This document shows, in pieces, positions 1-9,657 of a stretch of DNA of 64,000 nucleotides (the first letter of the stretch is position 1; every line of letters begins with the position of its first letter). Location of the stretch: the NCBI GenBank assembly GCA_964247025.1, contig CAXTSM010000016.1:8976-72975 (forward strand). The letters run 5' to 3'. The translations under genes were made by a program, and so were the position numbers. Under the pieces are notes generated by a model. It did no database searches, was not told the origin of the DNA, and saw only the letters and a list, made by a program, of their open reading frames with translations. Origin of the DNA: an uncultured Chthoniobacterales bacterium. GTDB lineage: Bacteria; Verrucomicrobiota; Verrucomicrobiia; Chthoniobacterales; JAATET01.

Positions 1-975
1 GGCACGCCCGACTCGGTCTCCGTGTCCTCCTACGACACGATCCTCGCGCTGCACGGTTCCTACGAGGGCTACGGCGACATTTTTTACGAGCACCCGGAGC
101 TGAGCGCCTACAACCAGCGGCTGGACCTGACCGCGCGCATCGGTCGCTCTTCGGCCATCTGGCGGCCGTTTCTCTCCGCGTCCGACATCACCGGCAGCAA
201 TTTGTTGCTGGTGGAATTGACGAACCGCACGCGGCGCATCCGCGTGATCCCCGGAATCTTTGCCGAATACAAGCTCTCCGAGCTCACGGGCTTCCGGCAA
301 TCGGTGAACTACTTTCTCTTCGATCACCCCGACCCCGCCTACATCAACTTCAACTCCTGGAGCACGAAGCAGGAAATCACCTACCGCGCGCTCAACGCCA
401 CGAAGGCGATCCTTTGGGGCCAATACCGCTACACCGAGCCGAGCGCCGGCAGCGCGGGCGGGGAGCTCACGCTGGGCCCCGGCTGGCAGGGGCTCCCGGA
501 TCCCCGCGTCTACACCGAGCTCTACCTCGGCTGGGGCCTCCTCGACCAGGAGGGCGACGTGCCCGGGCGGCGCGACCTTTCGGGCCTGCGCTTCAGCGGC
601 TACACGACCTTCGACTTCAGCCCGCGCTTCCGGCCGACGATCAAATACGACCGCGAATACGTCTTCAACGAGGTCGACGTGAACGACAACTACGTCTCGA
701 CGCTGCTTCAGTTCCGCAATGAGTTCTTCCTCGGCGGCAACTATTACCTCACCCCGTATTTCGGCGTGGGCTTCAACGAATTCGAGACCTCGCGGCGATT
801 CATGGTCCAATACCGGCCGGAGATCGAGCTCTCCTACGCGTTCGCCAGCCAGGAGCTCCCGAACGAGTCGCGCGTGTTCGTGAAGGTCGGCTACCAATAC
901 TCGAGCACGATCCAGGGCCAGGGCGATCCCATCACGCAGCTCCGCCTGTCCGTCGGCTGCAACTGGAAGTTCTGA
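1..975 (+). CDS. outer-membrane beta-barrel protein, 5'-partial (frame open to the window edge)
   Basis: The frame is open from nt 1 (GTPDSVSVSSYD...). Composition is rich in Y/G/N/F with alternating beta-strand-like patterns. The C-terminus ...RLSVGCNWKF ends in Phe, as in OM barrels. It lies directly upstream of the Wza-/Wzc-like export genes. Confidence 0.55.
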   Translation, partial: GTPDSVSVSSYDTILALHGSYEGYGDIFYEHPELSAYNQRLDLTARIGRSSAIWRPFLSASDITGSNLLLVELTNRTRRIRVIPGIFAEYKLSELTGFRQSVNYFLFDHPDPAYINFNSWSTKQEITYRALNATKAILWGQYRYTEPSAGSAGGELTLGPGWQGLPDPRVYTELYLGWGLLDQEGDVPGRRDLSGLRFSGYTTFDFSPRFRPTIKYDREYVFNEVDVNDNYVSTLLQFRNEFFLGGNYYLTPYFGVGFNEFETSRRFMVQYRPEIELSYAFASQELPNESRVFVKVGYQYSSTIQGQGDPITQLRLSVGCNWKF

Positions 976-1039
976 TCGCGCCCCGCCGCCGAACTCGGCG
1001 TTGCATCGGGCCCCCGGTTGAAGCTAGGTTTCCCGCCAA

Positions 1040-1627
1040 GTGTTGACCAAATTCATCGGCGTGGGCGCGATCTGCTCGCTGCTCCTGGGTTGCGCGACCC
1101 CGCGGCCGGCGATTCCCCCGGACGCCGTCCCCCAGCCGAAATCCGTCACCTCGCTGCCCTACACGATCGCCACGCTCGATCGCGCGGATCTCACGTTTGC
1201 CGACGGCCACCATGAGACCGTCGAGGTCGGCCAGGATGGCAAGATCGTCACGGCCGGGGGCGAGGACGCCGCGCGCGGCCTGTCGCGGGAGACGTTCGAG
1301 CGAGTGTTGCGCCGCCGGTTTCCGGGCGTCGTGAAGATCGACGTCGTGGAATTTCGCGCCGACGAGATCAGCGTGATCGGCGAAGTTTTTCACCAGATTC
1401 ACACGAGCCTCGGCGGCACCCCCATGCGGCTCGTGGACGGCATCGCCTCCGCGAACGGCTTCACCCCCCTCGCCAACAAGCGCCGCGTCAAGCTCGTGCG
1501 CCAGAACGCCGGCCTCGTCACCGTCTACGAGCTCGACCTGCGGCGGATGCTGCTCGGCCAGGACATCGGCCAGAACCTGCTGCTCGAGCCCGGCGACGTG
1601 ATCTCCGTGCCGCGTAATTTTCTGTAA
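1040..1627 (+). CDS. polysaccharide export lipoprotein (Wza-like, Poly_export/SLBB)
   Basis: Signal peptide with lipobox LLLGC. The C-terminal ...VKLVRQNAGLVTVYELDLRRMLLGQDIGQNLLLEPGDVISVP resembles SLBB/polysaccharide-export family proteins. There is a 3-nt gap to the next gene. Confidence 0.7.
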   Translation: MLTKFIGVGAICSLLLGCATPRPAIPPDAVPQPKSVTSLPYTIATLDRADLTFADGHHETVEVGQDGKIVTAGGEDAARGLSRETFERVLRRRFPGVVKIDVVEFRADEISVIGEVFHQIHTSLGGTPMRLVDGIASANGFTPLANKRRVKLVRQNAGLVTVYELDLRRMLLGQDIGQNLLLEPGDVISVPRNFL

Positions 1628-1630
1628 GCG

Positions 1631-3544
1631 ATGGCCGAGCCGACCCCCTGGGAAATCCAGCGCCCGAGCCCGAACACGATCGAGGCCCTCGGCGTGCGCC
1701 ACGCGCTGGAGTTTCTCCTCCGCAATGTCCTGCTCATTTTTCTCGGCCTCGCCGCCGGCATTGGCCTGGGCCTGGTCATCCAAAAAATCACGCCGACCGC
1801 CTTCCAGTCGAAGGGCAAGTTCGTCGTCGACGAGCTGCCCTTCAGCAAACAGGGCGACTCCGCCGGCACCGACGCCGAGACCGAGCGCCAGCTCGTGCAG
1901 ACGCTCATTCTCAGCATCGCCAGCCGGGACATGCAGGCCGCCGTCGCCGAGCGCCTCGGCATCGAGAAGGAACGCCTCGCCTTCGACGAGATCGACCCCC
2001 CGCTCAAGCTCACGAAGGCCGCGCCCCAGGCGAATATCGAGCTCACCGCCACGAAGGAAAGCCGCATCGGCGTCGTCAACGCGACCTCGCAATCGTCGGA
2101 ATTCGCCGCGCAGGTCGTCAATGCCATCCTCGACCAGCTCAAGCTCTACAACCAGATCGGCGGCCAGTTGAAACAGCTCCGCCTCGACCTGAACCTCGCC
2201 CGCTCGAAGGCCGACAGCATCCTCGCCCAATACCTCGCCGCGTCGGAAAAACGCATCACCCTCGAGCAACAGGCCGCCGAATTCTTCGAATACAAGAAGC
2301 GCAACCTGCCCGTCGAGTCGTTCACCGCGTTCTCCACCGACCCGACGCTCAACAATCTCAAGACCCAGCTCATCCTCGTGAAATCGGAATACGACCGGAT
2401 CGCCGCGACCGTCACCGCGGGCGGAGCCCTGGCCGGCAAGCGCTCCGAGGTCCAGGGCCTCGAGCGGCAGATCACGCAGCACGCGCTCGCGCTCTCCGGC
2501 GCCCTGGTCTCCGAGCTCGAGATCGTCCGCACGCGCGAGAACGACCTCCAGCGGGAGCTGGCCAAGACGCAGACCCAGATCCAGCAGATGAACGACGCCT
2601 CGGCCCGGCTCACCCAGAGTTACGGCGACCCCGTCGCCATGCGGAAGATCATTCAGGACAGCCCCGGCAGCGCCCAGGCGGTCAGCAACGTCGTCGTCAT
2701 CATCGACCGCGCGTCCCCCACGAAAAAACCCATTCGCCCCAAGCTCACGCTCAACCTCGCCCTCGGCATCCTCGTCGGCGGCGTGCTCGGGTTCGGCGCC
2801 GCCGCCATCCGCACCCTGCTCGACAACCGCCTCCGCACGCCCGAGCTCATCGAGCAGCGCACGGGCCAGGCCTGCCTCGCCATGCTGCCGCCGCTGCGAT
2901 CCGGGCGGATCAATCGCCGCGGCTCGGCCCGTTTGTCCACCCCGCTCGGCCTCAGCTTCCTCCGCAGCCACTTCCTCCGCACCGCGATGGATGCCGAGGG
3001 CCGGCACGTCATCGGCTTCACGCCCTCCCGCAAAGGCGGCGACGTCGCGCGGCTCGTCGCCGATCTCGCGGTGCTGTTGGCGAACGCCGAGCAGCGCACG
3101 CTCGTCATCGACCTCGACCGCAAGTCGCCCCGCATCGCCGCGATGCTCGGCGTGGCGAAGACGGACGGCCTCAACGAGTGGCTGGACTCCGGCGAGCCGC
3201 TCCGTGCCTGCGTCGGCGGCACCACGATCCGGGAGCTCGCCGTCCTGGGCTTCGGGCGGATCACCGCGGAACTCGACGACCAGCTCGCCGGCCGGCCGCT
3301 CGCGAAGGAACTCGCCGCCCTCCAGGAGGATTGGGACTTCATCCTGATCGCGTCGCCCTCGATCCGTTTCGACTGGACGCTGATGCTGGCGCTGCCCTCC
3401 GGCAGTCCCGTCGTGATCGCCGCGGACTACCGGAAATCCACCGTGCCGGACCTCGAGGCGACCGTGCAGCGCGCCCGCGGCTCCCATTGGTCGGTGGAAG
3501 GCGTCGTCCTGCAAAACTGCCCGCGCCGCGCCGCCGCCGCGTAA
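1631..3544 (+). CDS. polysaccharide chain-length determinant / BY-kinase-like protein (GumC/Wzc family), nucleotide-binding motifs degenerate
   Basis: N-terminal TM helix, long coiled-coil periplasmic region, and a second TM (LNLALGILVGGVLGFGAAAI). The C-terminal ParA/BY-kinase-like domain has an LVIDLDRKSP motif. Walker A and Walker B do not match the consensus (see finding). Confidence 0.7.
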   Translation: MAEPTPWEIQRPSPNTIEALGVRHALEFLLRNVLLIFLGLAAGIGLGLVIQKITPTAFQSKGKFVVDELPFSKQGDSAGTDAETERQLVQTLILSIASRDMQAAVAERLGIEKERLAFDEIDPPLKLTKAAPQANIELTATKESRIGVVNATSQSSEFAAQVVNAILDQLKLYNQIGGQLKQLRLDLNLARSKADSILAQYLAASEKRITLEQQAAEFFEYKKRNLPVESFTAFSTDPTLNNLKTQLILVKSEYDRIAATVTAGGALAGKRSEVQGLERQITQHALALSGALVSELEIVRTRENDLQRELAKTQTQIQQMNDASARLTQSYGDPVAMRKIIQDSPGSAQAVSNVVVIIDRASPTKKPIRPKLTLNLALGILVGGVLGFGAAAIRTLLDNRLRTPELIEQRTGQACLAMLPPLRSGRINRRGSARLSTPLGLSFLRSHFLRTAMDAEGRHVIGFTPSRKGGDVARLVADLAVLLANAEQRTLVIDLDRKSPRIAAMLGVAKTDGLNEWLDSGEPLRACVGGTTIRELAVLGFGRITAELDDQLAGRPLAKELAALQEDWDFILIASPSIRFDWTLMLALPSGSPVVIAADYRKSTVPDLEATVQRARGSHWSVEGVVLQNCPRRAAAA

Positions 3545-3548
3545 CGGC

Positions 3549-5015
3549 TCAAGCCGCCTTTGCGCCGCGATGGATCGCGCGCAGCTGCCACGCGGCGATC
3601 CCGCCGGAAACCGCCGCCGCTCCCACCCACAAAGCCAGCGAAGCGGACCGCCCCGCGACCGCCTGCAGGAGCGCCGCCGCGCCGAGCCCGGGCCCGAGGC
3701 CGGCCAGGGGGCGGGCATACAGCGCCGCGGGGGACGCCTGGCAAAGCCGCGCGATGCGGCCGAAGATCGGCGCCATCGCCACGATGCCCACGCTCCCGCC
3801 AACGAGCAGGCCCGGAAGCCCCGCCACGAAATATCCCGCCGTCGCCAGGCCAACGTCGAGGCCGGCTTCGCAGAGGTTGCCGATCGCCGCGGGCCGCACG
3901 GCCCCAAGACCCATCGAGGCATTCACGGCGATGCGGCTCACCGCGCCGGCCAGGCCGAAGAAAGCCATCGCGGCCCCCAGCCCCGCCACGATCTGGTGAT
4001 CGCCCGGCAGCCAGCGCCGCAGGAGTTGCTCGCCGAGCAACGCGAGCCCGATCGTGGCGTGCAGGCAGAAAACGCCGGCGTAGACCCACGTCTGCCGGAA
4101 GCGCGCGGCCCGCTGGGCGGCATCCGGGGCCGTCGCCAGCGAGGCAAGCGACGTCTCGCTCGCCGTCGCGCCGACGTTGCCGACGATCTCCGTGAGGCGC
4201 AGCAGGATGTAGAAAAGCCCCGCCTCGGCCGGCCCCGCGAGGGCGGAAACGAGGAACGTGAGCGCGTGCCCCTTGGTGATGAGCGAGACCGTCGTGAGGT
4301 AATACCAGACGCCGGCCCGAAGCGTGCCGAGGATGATCCGCGGATGGAACACGCCGCGCTCGCGCCACGGAAACAGCGCAAAAAGTCCCTTCCGCGCCGC
4401 CACGAAAAAATTCGGGACCATGGCGCAGGCCGCGTAAAGGACGATGGCCACGAGCACCGACGCGCCGAGCCACACGGCCAGGCCGCAGGCGGGGATCGCG
4501 GCGATCGCGCCCCCGGTATTCGCGGCCTTGAGGGTGGAGAGATTGCCCCGCGCCGCGAGGGGCTCAAGGCCGAGGAAGGTGGTCATCAGCACGCCGGTCA
4601 TCGCCACCGTCACCACGAGCACGAGCGCGCCGTTGCCCGGCAGGTGGAACCATTCCGTGAGCCGGCCCGTCGCCGCGAGCGCGGCCACGGCGGCGGTGGC
4701 GAGGCCGGCCACGAAGCCAAAGGTGACGAGGCCCTCGCCGAAAGCCCGCCGGAAGGCCGCGTCGTCTCCGCGCTTGAGCGCCTCGGCGAGCCGGATGCGG
4801 GTGAGCGCGCGCACGCCGCCGTCGAGCAGCGCCATCGAGACGAGGAGCGACGAGGCGAGGGCGAAAAGGCCGTATTGCTCCGCGCCCCAGCGGGCGAGCA
4901 TGAGCGGCGTGAGCAGGATGAGGAAGGCGGCCTTCGAGAGAAAGTTCGCGCTTTGCCAGACCTGGTTTCGCAGCAGCTCGCGGAAATGCGAGGAAGGGGC
5001 GGGCCGCTCGCTCAC
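3549..5015 (-). CDS. oligosaccharide/polysaccharide flippase (MOP/Wzx family)
   Basis: The last 488 codons of the 884-aa ORF are multi-TM. The N-terminus FRELLRNQVWQSANFLSKAAFLILLTPLMLARWGAEQYGLFALA is typical of Wzx-type flippases. The upstream ORF part is low-complexity overlap with the kinase gene. The only in-frame start before TM1 is GTG at 5015. Confidence 0.65.
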   Translation of the reverse strand: MSERPAPSSHFRELLRNQVWQSANFLSKAAFLILLTPLMLARWGAEQYGLFALASSLLVSMALLDGGVRALTRIRLAEALKRGDDAAFRRAFGEGLVTFGFVAGLATAAVAALAATGRLTEWFHLPGNGALVLVVTVAMTGVLMTTFLGLEPLAARGNLSTLKAANTGGAIAAIPACGLAVWLGASVLVAIVLYAACAMVPNFFVAARKGLFALFPWRERGVFHPRIILGTLRAGVWYYLTTVSLITKGHALTFLVSALAGPAEAGLFYILLRLTEIVGNVGATASETSLASLATAPDAAQRAARFRQTWVYAGVFCLHATIGLALLGEQLLRRWLPGDHQIVAGLGAAMAFFGLAGAVSRIAVNASMGLGAVRPAAIGNLCEAGLDVGLATAGYFVAGLPGLLVGGSVGIVAMAPIFGRIARLCQASPAALYARPLAGLGPGLGAAALLQAVAGRSASLALWVGAAAVSGGIAAWQLRAIHRGAKAA

Positions 5016-6166
5016 GATCTCTCGCTCGTGAGCGCGGCGACGACCGCGCGCCGCAGCTCCGCGGGGTGAAACGGCTTCGCGAGAAAATTCGTCGCGTTGA
5101 AAAACGACCGGTCGCTCCACGCGCTGCTGAACCCGCTCATGTAGAGCACGGGCAGGTCGGGCTGGTCCGCCAGGATGCGCGTGGCCACGTCCCGGCCGGA
5201 GAGGCCGCCCGGGAGGACGAGGTCGGTGAACAGCAGCCGGACGTCGGCCCGGTGCCGCCGCCAGAGCTCGAGCGCGTCCTCGCCCGTCCCCGCGGCGAGC
5301 ACGGTGAGCCCGTTGGCCTCGAGCAATTGCCGCGCGAGGGCGCGAATGGCCGGGTCGTCCTCGAGCAGAAGAATCAACCCGCTGAGCGGCTGCAATTCCG
5401 TCCCCCCGGACGTCACCGCGGCGGCGGCGGACGGTGGCTCGGCCTCCGGAATCCAGAGAAAGAATTCGGTGCCCGCGCCCGGCTCGCTTTCGAACGTCAC
5501 GACTCCCCGGTGCGCCGCGGCGACTTGTTTCACGATGGCGAGGCCCATTCCGGTGCCGGTGGATTTGCTGGTGAAAAAGGGATCGAAGACCCGGGACCGG
5601 TCCTTCGCCGCGATGCCGCATCCGGAATCCCGGACGCTGAGGACGGCATAGCGACCCGCGGCGCCGCCGGGAATCTCGTCCCCGGATGGGTTCCGGGAGC
5701 CATGGCTGAGCGTGACCTTGCCGCCGGTCGGCATGGCATCCACGGCGTTCAGCACGAGATTCAGAACCGCCTGCTCGATCGCGCTGTGATCGCCGCGGAC
5801 CCAGCAGCGCCCGGCTCCGGCGACGATCTCGATTTCGACCCGCTTGGCGGCGAGGGGCTCGAGGAGGCGGATGAGGCCGTCGAGCAACTCGCCGACTTCG
5901 AAGACCTGCGGCTCCTCGGGCTGGCGTCGGGCGAAGCTGAGCACCTTGCGCGTAAGATCGGCCGCGCGCTGGGATGCCTCGACGATTTTCCCGGCGGCGG
6001 CGGTGGTCTCCTCGGGATCGAAACCGCCGCTCTCGATCAGCGCGGCGTTCAGCTGGATGACGGTGAGGAGGTTGTTCAGGTCGTGGATGATCGCGGTCGA
6101 AAGGCGGCCGATGACCTCCATCTTCTGCGCCTGCAGCGGGATGACCGCGCGATCTTTGAGCTTCAC
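5012..6166 (-). CDS. hybrid sensor histidine kinase / response regulator (HisKA-HATPase_c-REC), no sensor domain
   Basis: H-box MEVIGRLSTAIIHDLNNLL, N/G boxes (LNLVLNAVDAM, DSGCGI, GTGMGLAIV), and a C-terminal receiver (LLLEDDP...LLFTDLVLPG...KPF). The start is uncertain: GTG 6166 or ATG 6121. The ATG at 6409 would overlap the divergent gene. Confidence 0.8.
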   Translation of the reverse strand: MKLKDRAVIPLQAQKMEVIGRLSTAIIHDLNNLLTVIQLNAALIESGGFDPEETTAAAGKIVEASQRAADLTRKVLSFARRQPEEPQVFEVGELLDGLIRLLEPLAAKRVEIEIVAGAGRCWVRGDHSAIEQAVLNLVLNAVDAMPTGGKVTLSHGSRNPSGDEIPGGAAGRYAVLSVRDSGCGIAAKDRSRVFDPFFTSKSTGTGMGLAIVKQVAAAHRGVVTFESEPGAGTEFFLWIPEAEPPSAAAAVTSGGTELQPLSGLILLLEDDPAIRALARQLLEANGLTVLAAGTGEDALELWRRHRADVRLLFTDLVLPGGLSGRDVATRILADQPDLPVLYMSGFSSAWSDRSFFNATNFLAKPFHPAELRRAVVAALTSERS

Positions 6167-6297
6167 GCCGCCCAGTGTGCGCGTTTTTCGAATCGCTCGC
6201 CAACCCTTGTTTTTGCCGGCAAATCGCTTACGCTTCCGTGTTGCTTGTTTAGCGATGTCCGGCCAAGACTTCTTATTCTCCGACTGCACCGCCCGCC

Positions 6298-6735
6298 ATG
6301 CCCGATTTCCCGGATTCCACCATCTATGAGGGACTGCTGGCGTTGTTGCAGAACGAGTTTCCGAAGACCTGCCCGAACTGCGCGCGGACCTATCCGACGC
6401 TGGAGTCATTCGTAGACGAGACGGCGGCGGTGAGTCGCGGCACGGGATTGATGGGATACGACACGGGCTACCGCTTTCAACAGGTGGCGATGATGCGGAA
6501 TTGCGTCTGCGGGTCCACGATGGCGACCTTTTGCTGCGATCGGCGCGATGTCTCGGAGGCGGGGTTGCGCCGCCGCGCGATGTTCGAAAACCTGATGAGC
6601 CAGCTCCAGGCCCGCGGCATCGACGCCCTCGTCGCGCGCGATCAACTGCTGGCTTTTCTCCGCGGGGAGCGCAGCCCGATCCTGGAGAGCCTCGGCGTCT
6701 TTGCCCGACCGCGCAGCCTGCAACCGTCGGCCTGA
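6298..6735 (+). CDS. hypothetical Cys-rich protein (CPNC ... CVC ... CC)
   Basis: 145-aa ORF with coding-like codon usage. It has CxxC plus four further Cys, suggesting metal binding. No family recognised. Confidence 0.5.
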   Translation: MPDFPDSTIYEGLLALLQNEFPKTCPNCARTYPTLESFVDETAAVSRGTGLMGYDTGYRFQQVAMMRNCVCGSTMATFCCDRRDVSEAGLRRRAMFENLMSQLQARGIDALVARDQLLAFLRGERSPILESLGVFARPRSLQPSA

Positions 6736-6740
6736 GCGGG

Positions 6741-7472
6741 CTAGATGTTGTCGCCGAGGAAGGTGTGGATGCCGCACTCGGCCTTGTCGAATCCGGTCCA
6801 TCGACCCGCGCGTTCGGAGTCGTTCGCGCCGATCGGCCGGGTGCAGGTCGTGCAACCGATGCTGCGGTAACCGCGCGAAAGCAGGGCGTTCACCGGAAGG
6901 TCGCGCTCGCGCAGATAGGCGTGCACATTCTCGCGGCTCCACGTCGCCATCGGGTTCAGCTTGAGGATGTATCGGTCATGCAGGACGTCGAACTTGTAGA
7001 GCTCGGCGACCTGCGTGCGCTGGCGGGTGTCGGACTGCTGGCGGCGCAGGCCCGTGATCCAGACGTCGAGCGCCTTGAGTTTGTTTTGCAGCGGGATGAC
7101 CTTGCGCAGCGTGCAGCAGAGGTCGGGATAGCGGTTCCAGAGCTCGGGGCCGTGCTCGGCGGCCTGTTGCGCGAGATTTTGCTCCGGATGCAAAGACTCG
7201 ATCGTCACGCCGAGCCGGGCCTCCAGCCGGGCCTTGAGTTCGAGCGTCTCGGGAAAGAGCAGGTCGGTGTCGATGGTGAAGATCGGGAACCGGAAGCCGC
7301 TCTCATAGGCCGTGTGCATCACGACGATCCCCGCGCCCTGGAAGCTCGTGCCAATGGCCGCGCGTTCGCCGTAGGTTTCCCACGCCCAGCGCAGCACGTC
7401 GACGAGCGGGGCGGACTCGAATTCGTCCGCCTTGCGGTGGATCAGGTCGGGGTCGAATTTCTGCAGCGACAT
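6741..7472 (-). CDS. cysH: phosphoadenosine phosphosulfate / adenylyl-sulfate reductase (thioredoxin-dependent)
   Basis: PAPS_reduct fold motifs, a CC...CxxC pair (PDLCCTLRKV, SIGCTTCTRP) typical of Fe-S APS reductases, and a C-terminal ECGIH motif. Confidence 0.9.
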   Translation of the reverse strand: MSLQKFDPDLIHRKADEFESAPLVDVLRWAWETYGERAAIGTSFQGAGIVVMHTAYESGFRFPIFTIDTDLLFPETLELKARLEARLGVTIESLHPEQNLAQQAAEHGPELWNRYPDLCCTLRKVIPLQNKLKALDVWITGLRRQQSDTRQRTQVAELYKFDVLHDRYILKLNPMATWSRENVHAYLRERDLPVNALLSRGYRSIGCTTCTRPIGANDSERAGRWTGFDKAECGIHTFLGDNI

Positions 7473-7493
7473 GGGATTTTTCTCACGTGAAGG

Positions 7494-7536
7494 CGCGAGG
7501 CCGCGACGGAATGCTTCGGTTCTTCGCGGCCTCGCG
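7494..7536 (-). terminator. 13-bp perfect stem-loop downstream of tkt (possible terminator or mRNA stabiliser, no U-tract)
   Basis: CGCGAGGCCGCGA (7494-7506) and TCGCGGCCTCGCG (7524-7536) are exact reverse complements around a 17-nt loop. An outer GTGAAG/CTTCAC pair also flanks it. Confidence 0.4.
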
Positions 7537-7556
7537 GCTTCGCGCGGGCTTCACCC

Positions 7557-9539
7557 TTACAGCGAGTTCACGGCGGCGACAACGGCCTCGGGTGTCATAC
7601 CGAGCTCCTTCATCGCGATGGGGCCGGGGGCGCTGAGGCCGAAGCGGTCGATCGCGACGGCGTGGCCATCGAGGCCCACGAACTTGAACCACGGGAGGGA
7701 AATGCCCGCCTCGATGCTCACGCGCCGGCGGCAGCTCGCGGGCAGGACCTCCTCGCGGTAGGCGGCATCCTGGCGCGCGAACCGCTCGAAGCACGGCATC
7801 GACACGACGCGGACGCCGGCGCCGAGCTCCCCGGCGGCCTTGATCGCATGTTGCAGCTCGCTGCCGGTGGAGAGGAGGATCGTCTCGAGCGCGGCCGTTT
7901 CCTTGATCGCGATGTAGCCGCCCTTGAAGACGCCCTCGCGGCGGGTTGCCACGGGGATCTGCGAGAGCGTCGGCACGTTCTGGCGGCCGAGCACGAGCAT
8001 CGTGGGGCCGTTGGTCTTCTCGAAGGCCGCGGCGAACGCGCCGGCGGTTTCCTCGGGATCGGCGGGGCGAATGACGTCGAGGCCGGGAATCGCGCGCAGG
8101 GCGGCGACGGTTTCCACGGGCTCGTGGGTGGGGCCGTCCTCGCCGACGCCGACGGAATCGTGCGTGAAGATGTAGACGCAGGGGAGGTTCGAGAGCGCGG
8201 CGAGGCGGATGGAGGGGCGGCCGTAATCGCTGAAGACGAGGAACGTCGCGCCGCTGGGGCGAAAGATGCCGTCGTAGGCGTAGCCGTTCAGGATGCCGCA
8301 CATGGCGTGCTCGCGGATGCCGAAGTGAATGTTGCGGCCTTCGCGGTTCTGCCGGTCGAAATTACCGGCGCCCTCGATGTAGTTGAGCGTGGAGCCGTGG
8401 AGGTCCGCGCTGCCGCTCACGAGTGAGGGCATGGCCTTCGCGATGGGTTGGAGGACGACGGAGCCGGCCTTGCGGGTGGCGATGTCTTCGTCCGGCTTGA
8501 ACTCGGGGATGAGGCTCAACAAATCCGGCACGCGCCCGGCCTTCGCGTCGGCGAGCTCGGCGGCGAGGTCGGCATTGCCGGCTTCCCAGGCGATGAAGGT
8601 TTTCCGCCACTCGGCGTGGGCCGCCTTGAGCGTCTCCTTGTGCGCGGCGAAGTATTCACGCGTCTTCGGGTCGACGTAGAATTTTTCCCCGGGCAGGCCG
8701 AGTCCCTTGCGGGCGGCGTCGGAGAATTTCACGCCGGCCTCGCCGTGGGCCTTGTTCGTGCCCTCGACCTCGGGGATGCCTTTGCCGATCATCGTCTTCG
8801 CGACGATGAACTGGGGCTTGCCGCTCTTCGCAGCCTTGGCGTTGGCGAAGGTCCGGGCGACCTCCGCGAGGTCGTTGCCGTCGATCTCATAAACGTCCCA
8901 CCCGTAGGCCCGGTAGCGCGCCGCGGTGTCCTCGCTCTGCGAGACCGGGGCCATGGCGTCGAGGGTGACGTTGTTGCAATCGTAAAAGAGGATGAGGTTA
9001 TCGAGCCCGACATGCGCGGCGAGGGCCGAGGCCTCGGAGGAGATGCCCTCCTGCAGGCAGCCGTCGCCCGCGAGGCAGACGACGTGGTGGTCGAAGATCG
9101 TGTGCTCGGCGGTATTGTATTTCGCCTCCGCCATCTTGCCGGACATGGCGTAGCCGACCGCATTGGACACACCCTGTCCGAGGGGGCCCGTGGTCGCCTC
9201 GACGCCGGGCGTCTCGAAGTGCTCGGGATGGCCCGGCGTCTTGCTGTGGAGCTGGCGGAAGGCTTTGAGGTCGTCGAGGCTCAGATCGTAGCCGGAGAGG
9301 TGGAGCCAGCTGTAGAGGAACATGCTGCCGTGGCCGGCGGAGAGGACGAAGCGGTCGCGATTGATCCAATCCTTTTCGTCGGGGTTGTGCAGGAGGGCGG
9401 ACCCGTAGAGCACGGCGCCGATCTCGGCCGCGCCGAGCGGGAGGCCGAGGTGGCCGGACTTGCTGGCGGTCACGGCGTCGATGGCGAGGCCGCGGGCGTC
9501 GCGGCAGGCGAGCGAAAGGGAGTCGAGGTCGAGGCTCAT
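7557..9539 (-). CDS. tkt: transketolase
   Basis: [45 protein letters not shown]..., a TPP-binding GDGCLQEG motif, and 660 aa typical length. The ORF-track N-terminal extension (to 9845) is non-homologous low-complexity sequence. Confidence 0.95.
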   Translation of the reverse strand: MSLDLDSLSLACRDARGLAIDAVTASKSGHLGLPLGAAEIGAVLYGSALLHNPDEKDWINRDRFVLSAGHGSMFLYSWLHLSGYDLSLDDLKAFRQLHSKTPGHPEHFETPGVEATTGPLGQGVSNAVGYAMSGKMAEAKYNTAEHTIFDHHVVCLAGDGCLQEGISSEASALAAHVGLDNLILFYDCNNVTLDAMAPVSQSEDTAARYRAYGWDVYEIDGNDLAEVARTFANAKAAKSGKPQFIVAKTMIGKGIPEVEGTNKAHGEAGVKFSDAARKGLGLPGEKFYVDPKTREYFAAHKETLKAAHAEWRKTFIAWEAGNADLAAELADAKAGRVPDLLSLIPEFKPDEDIATRKAGSVVLQPIAKAMPSLVSGSADLHGSTLNYIEGAGNFDRQNREGRNIHFGIREHAMCGILNGYAYDGIFRPSGATFLVFSDYGRPSIRLAALSNLPCVYIFTHDSVGVGEDGPTHEPVETVAALRAIPGLDVIRPADPEETAGAFAAAFEKTNGPTMLVLGRQNVPTLSQIPVATRREGVFKGGYIAIKETAALETILLSTGSELQHAIKAAGELGAGVRVVSMPCFERFARQDAAYREEVLPASCRRRVSIEAGISLPWFKFVGLDGHAVAIDRFGLSAPGPIAMKELGMTPEAVVAAVNSL

Positions 9540-9657
9540 AAACGTCTTTTTGGAATGTCGGACGAGCAAATGAGACGCCCTGCCGGATGGCAAGCCCCGT
9601 TTGCCGTCTGCCGGTAGAATCGGGAAATGACCTCGTTTTCGACGCGGGGACGAATCC

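Noticed and set aside
932-3922. 996-aa ORF antisense to the Wza-/Wzc-like genes. Similar very long antisense ORFs occur at 50909-55726 (1605 aa), 59690-63316 (1208 aa), 49818-51710, 43241-45217, 38575-40347, 35307-37406, 30973-33435 (upstream part), 14912-16528 and 13198-14772.
   Set aside because: These are typical shadow ORFs of a high-GC genome. Their translations are Arg/Gly/Ala/Asp-rich low-complexity strings with no recognisable domains. The opposite strand encodes clearly recognisable proteins (Mfd, ATP synthase subunits, LeuC and others).
3549-6203. ORF-track N-terminal extensions taken at face value. Cases are the flippase to 6203, tkt to 9845, leuC from 12583, GT4 from 44710, purA from 47415, glnK to 58768, atpE to 41250, and HlyD to 31135.
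   Set aside because: The extensions are non-homologous low-complexity sequence that overlaps neighbouring real genes. The internal starts give proteins of canonical length with canonical N-termini.
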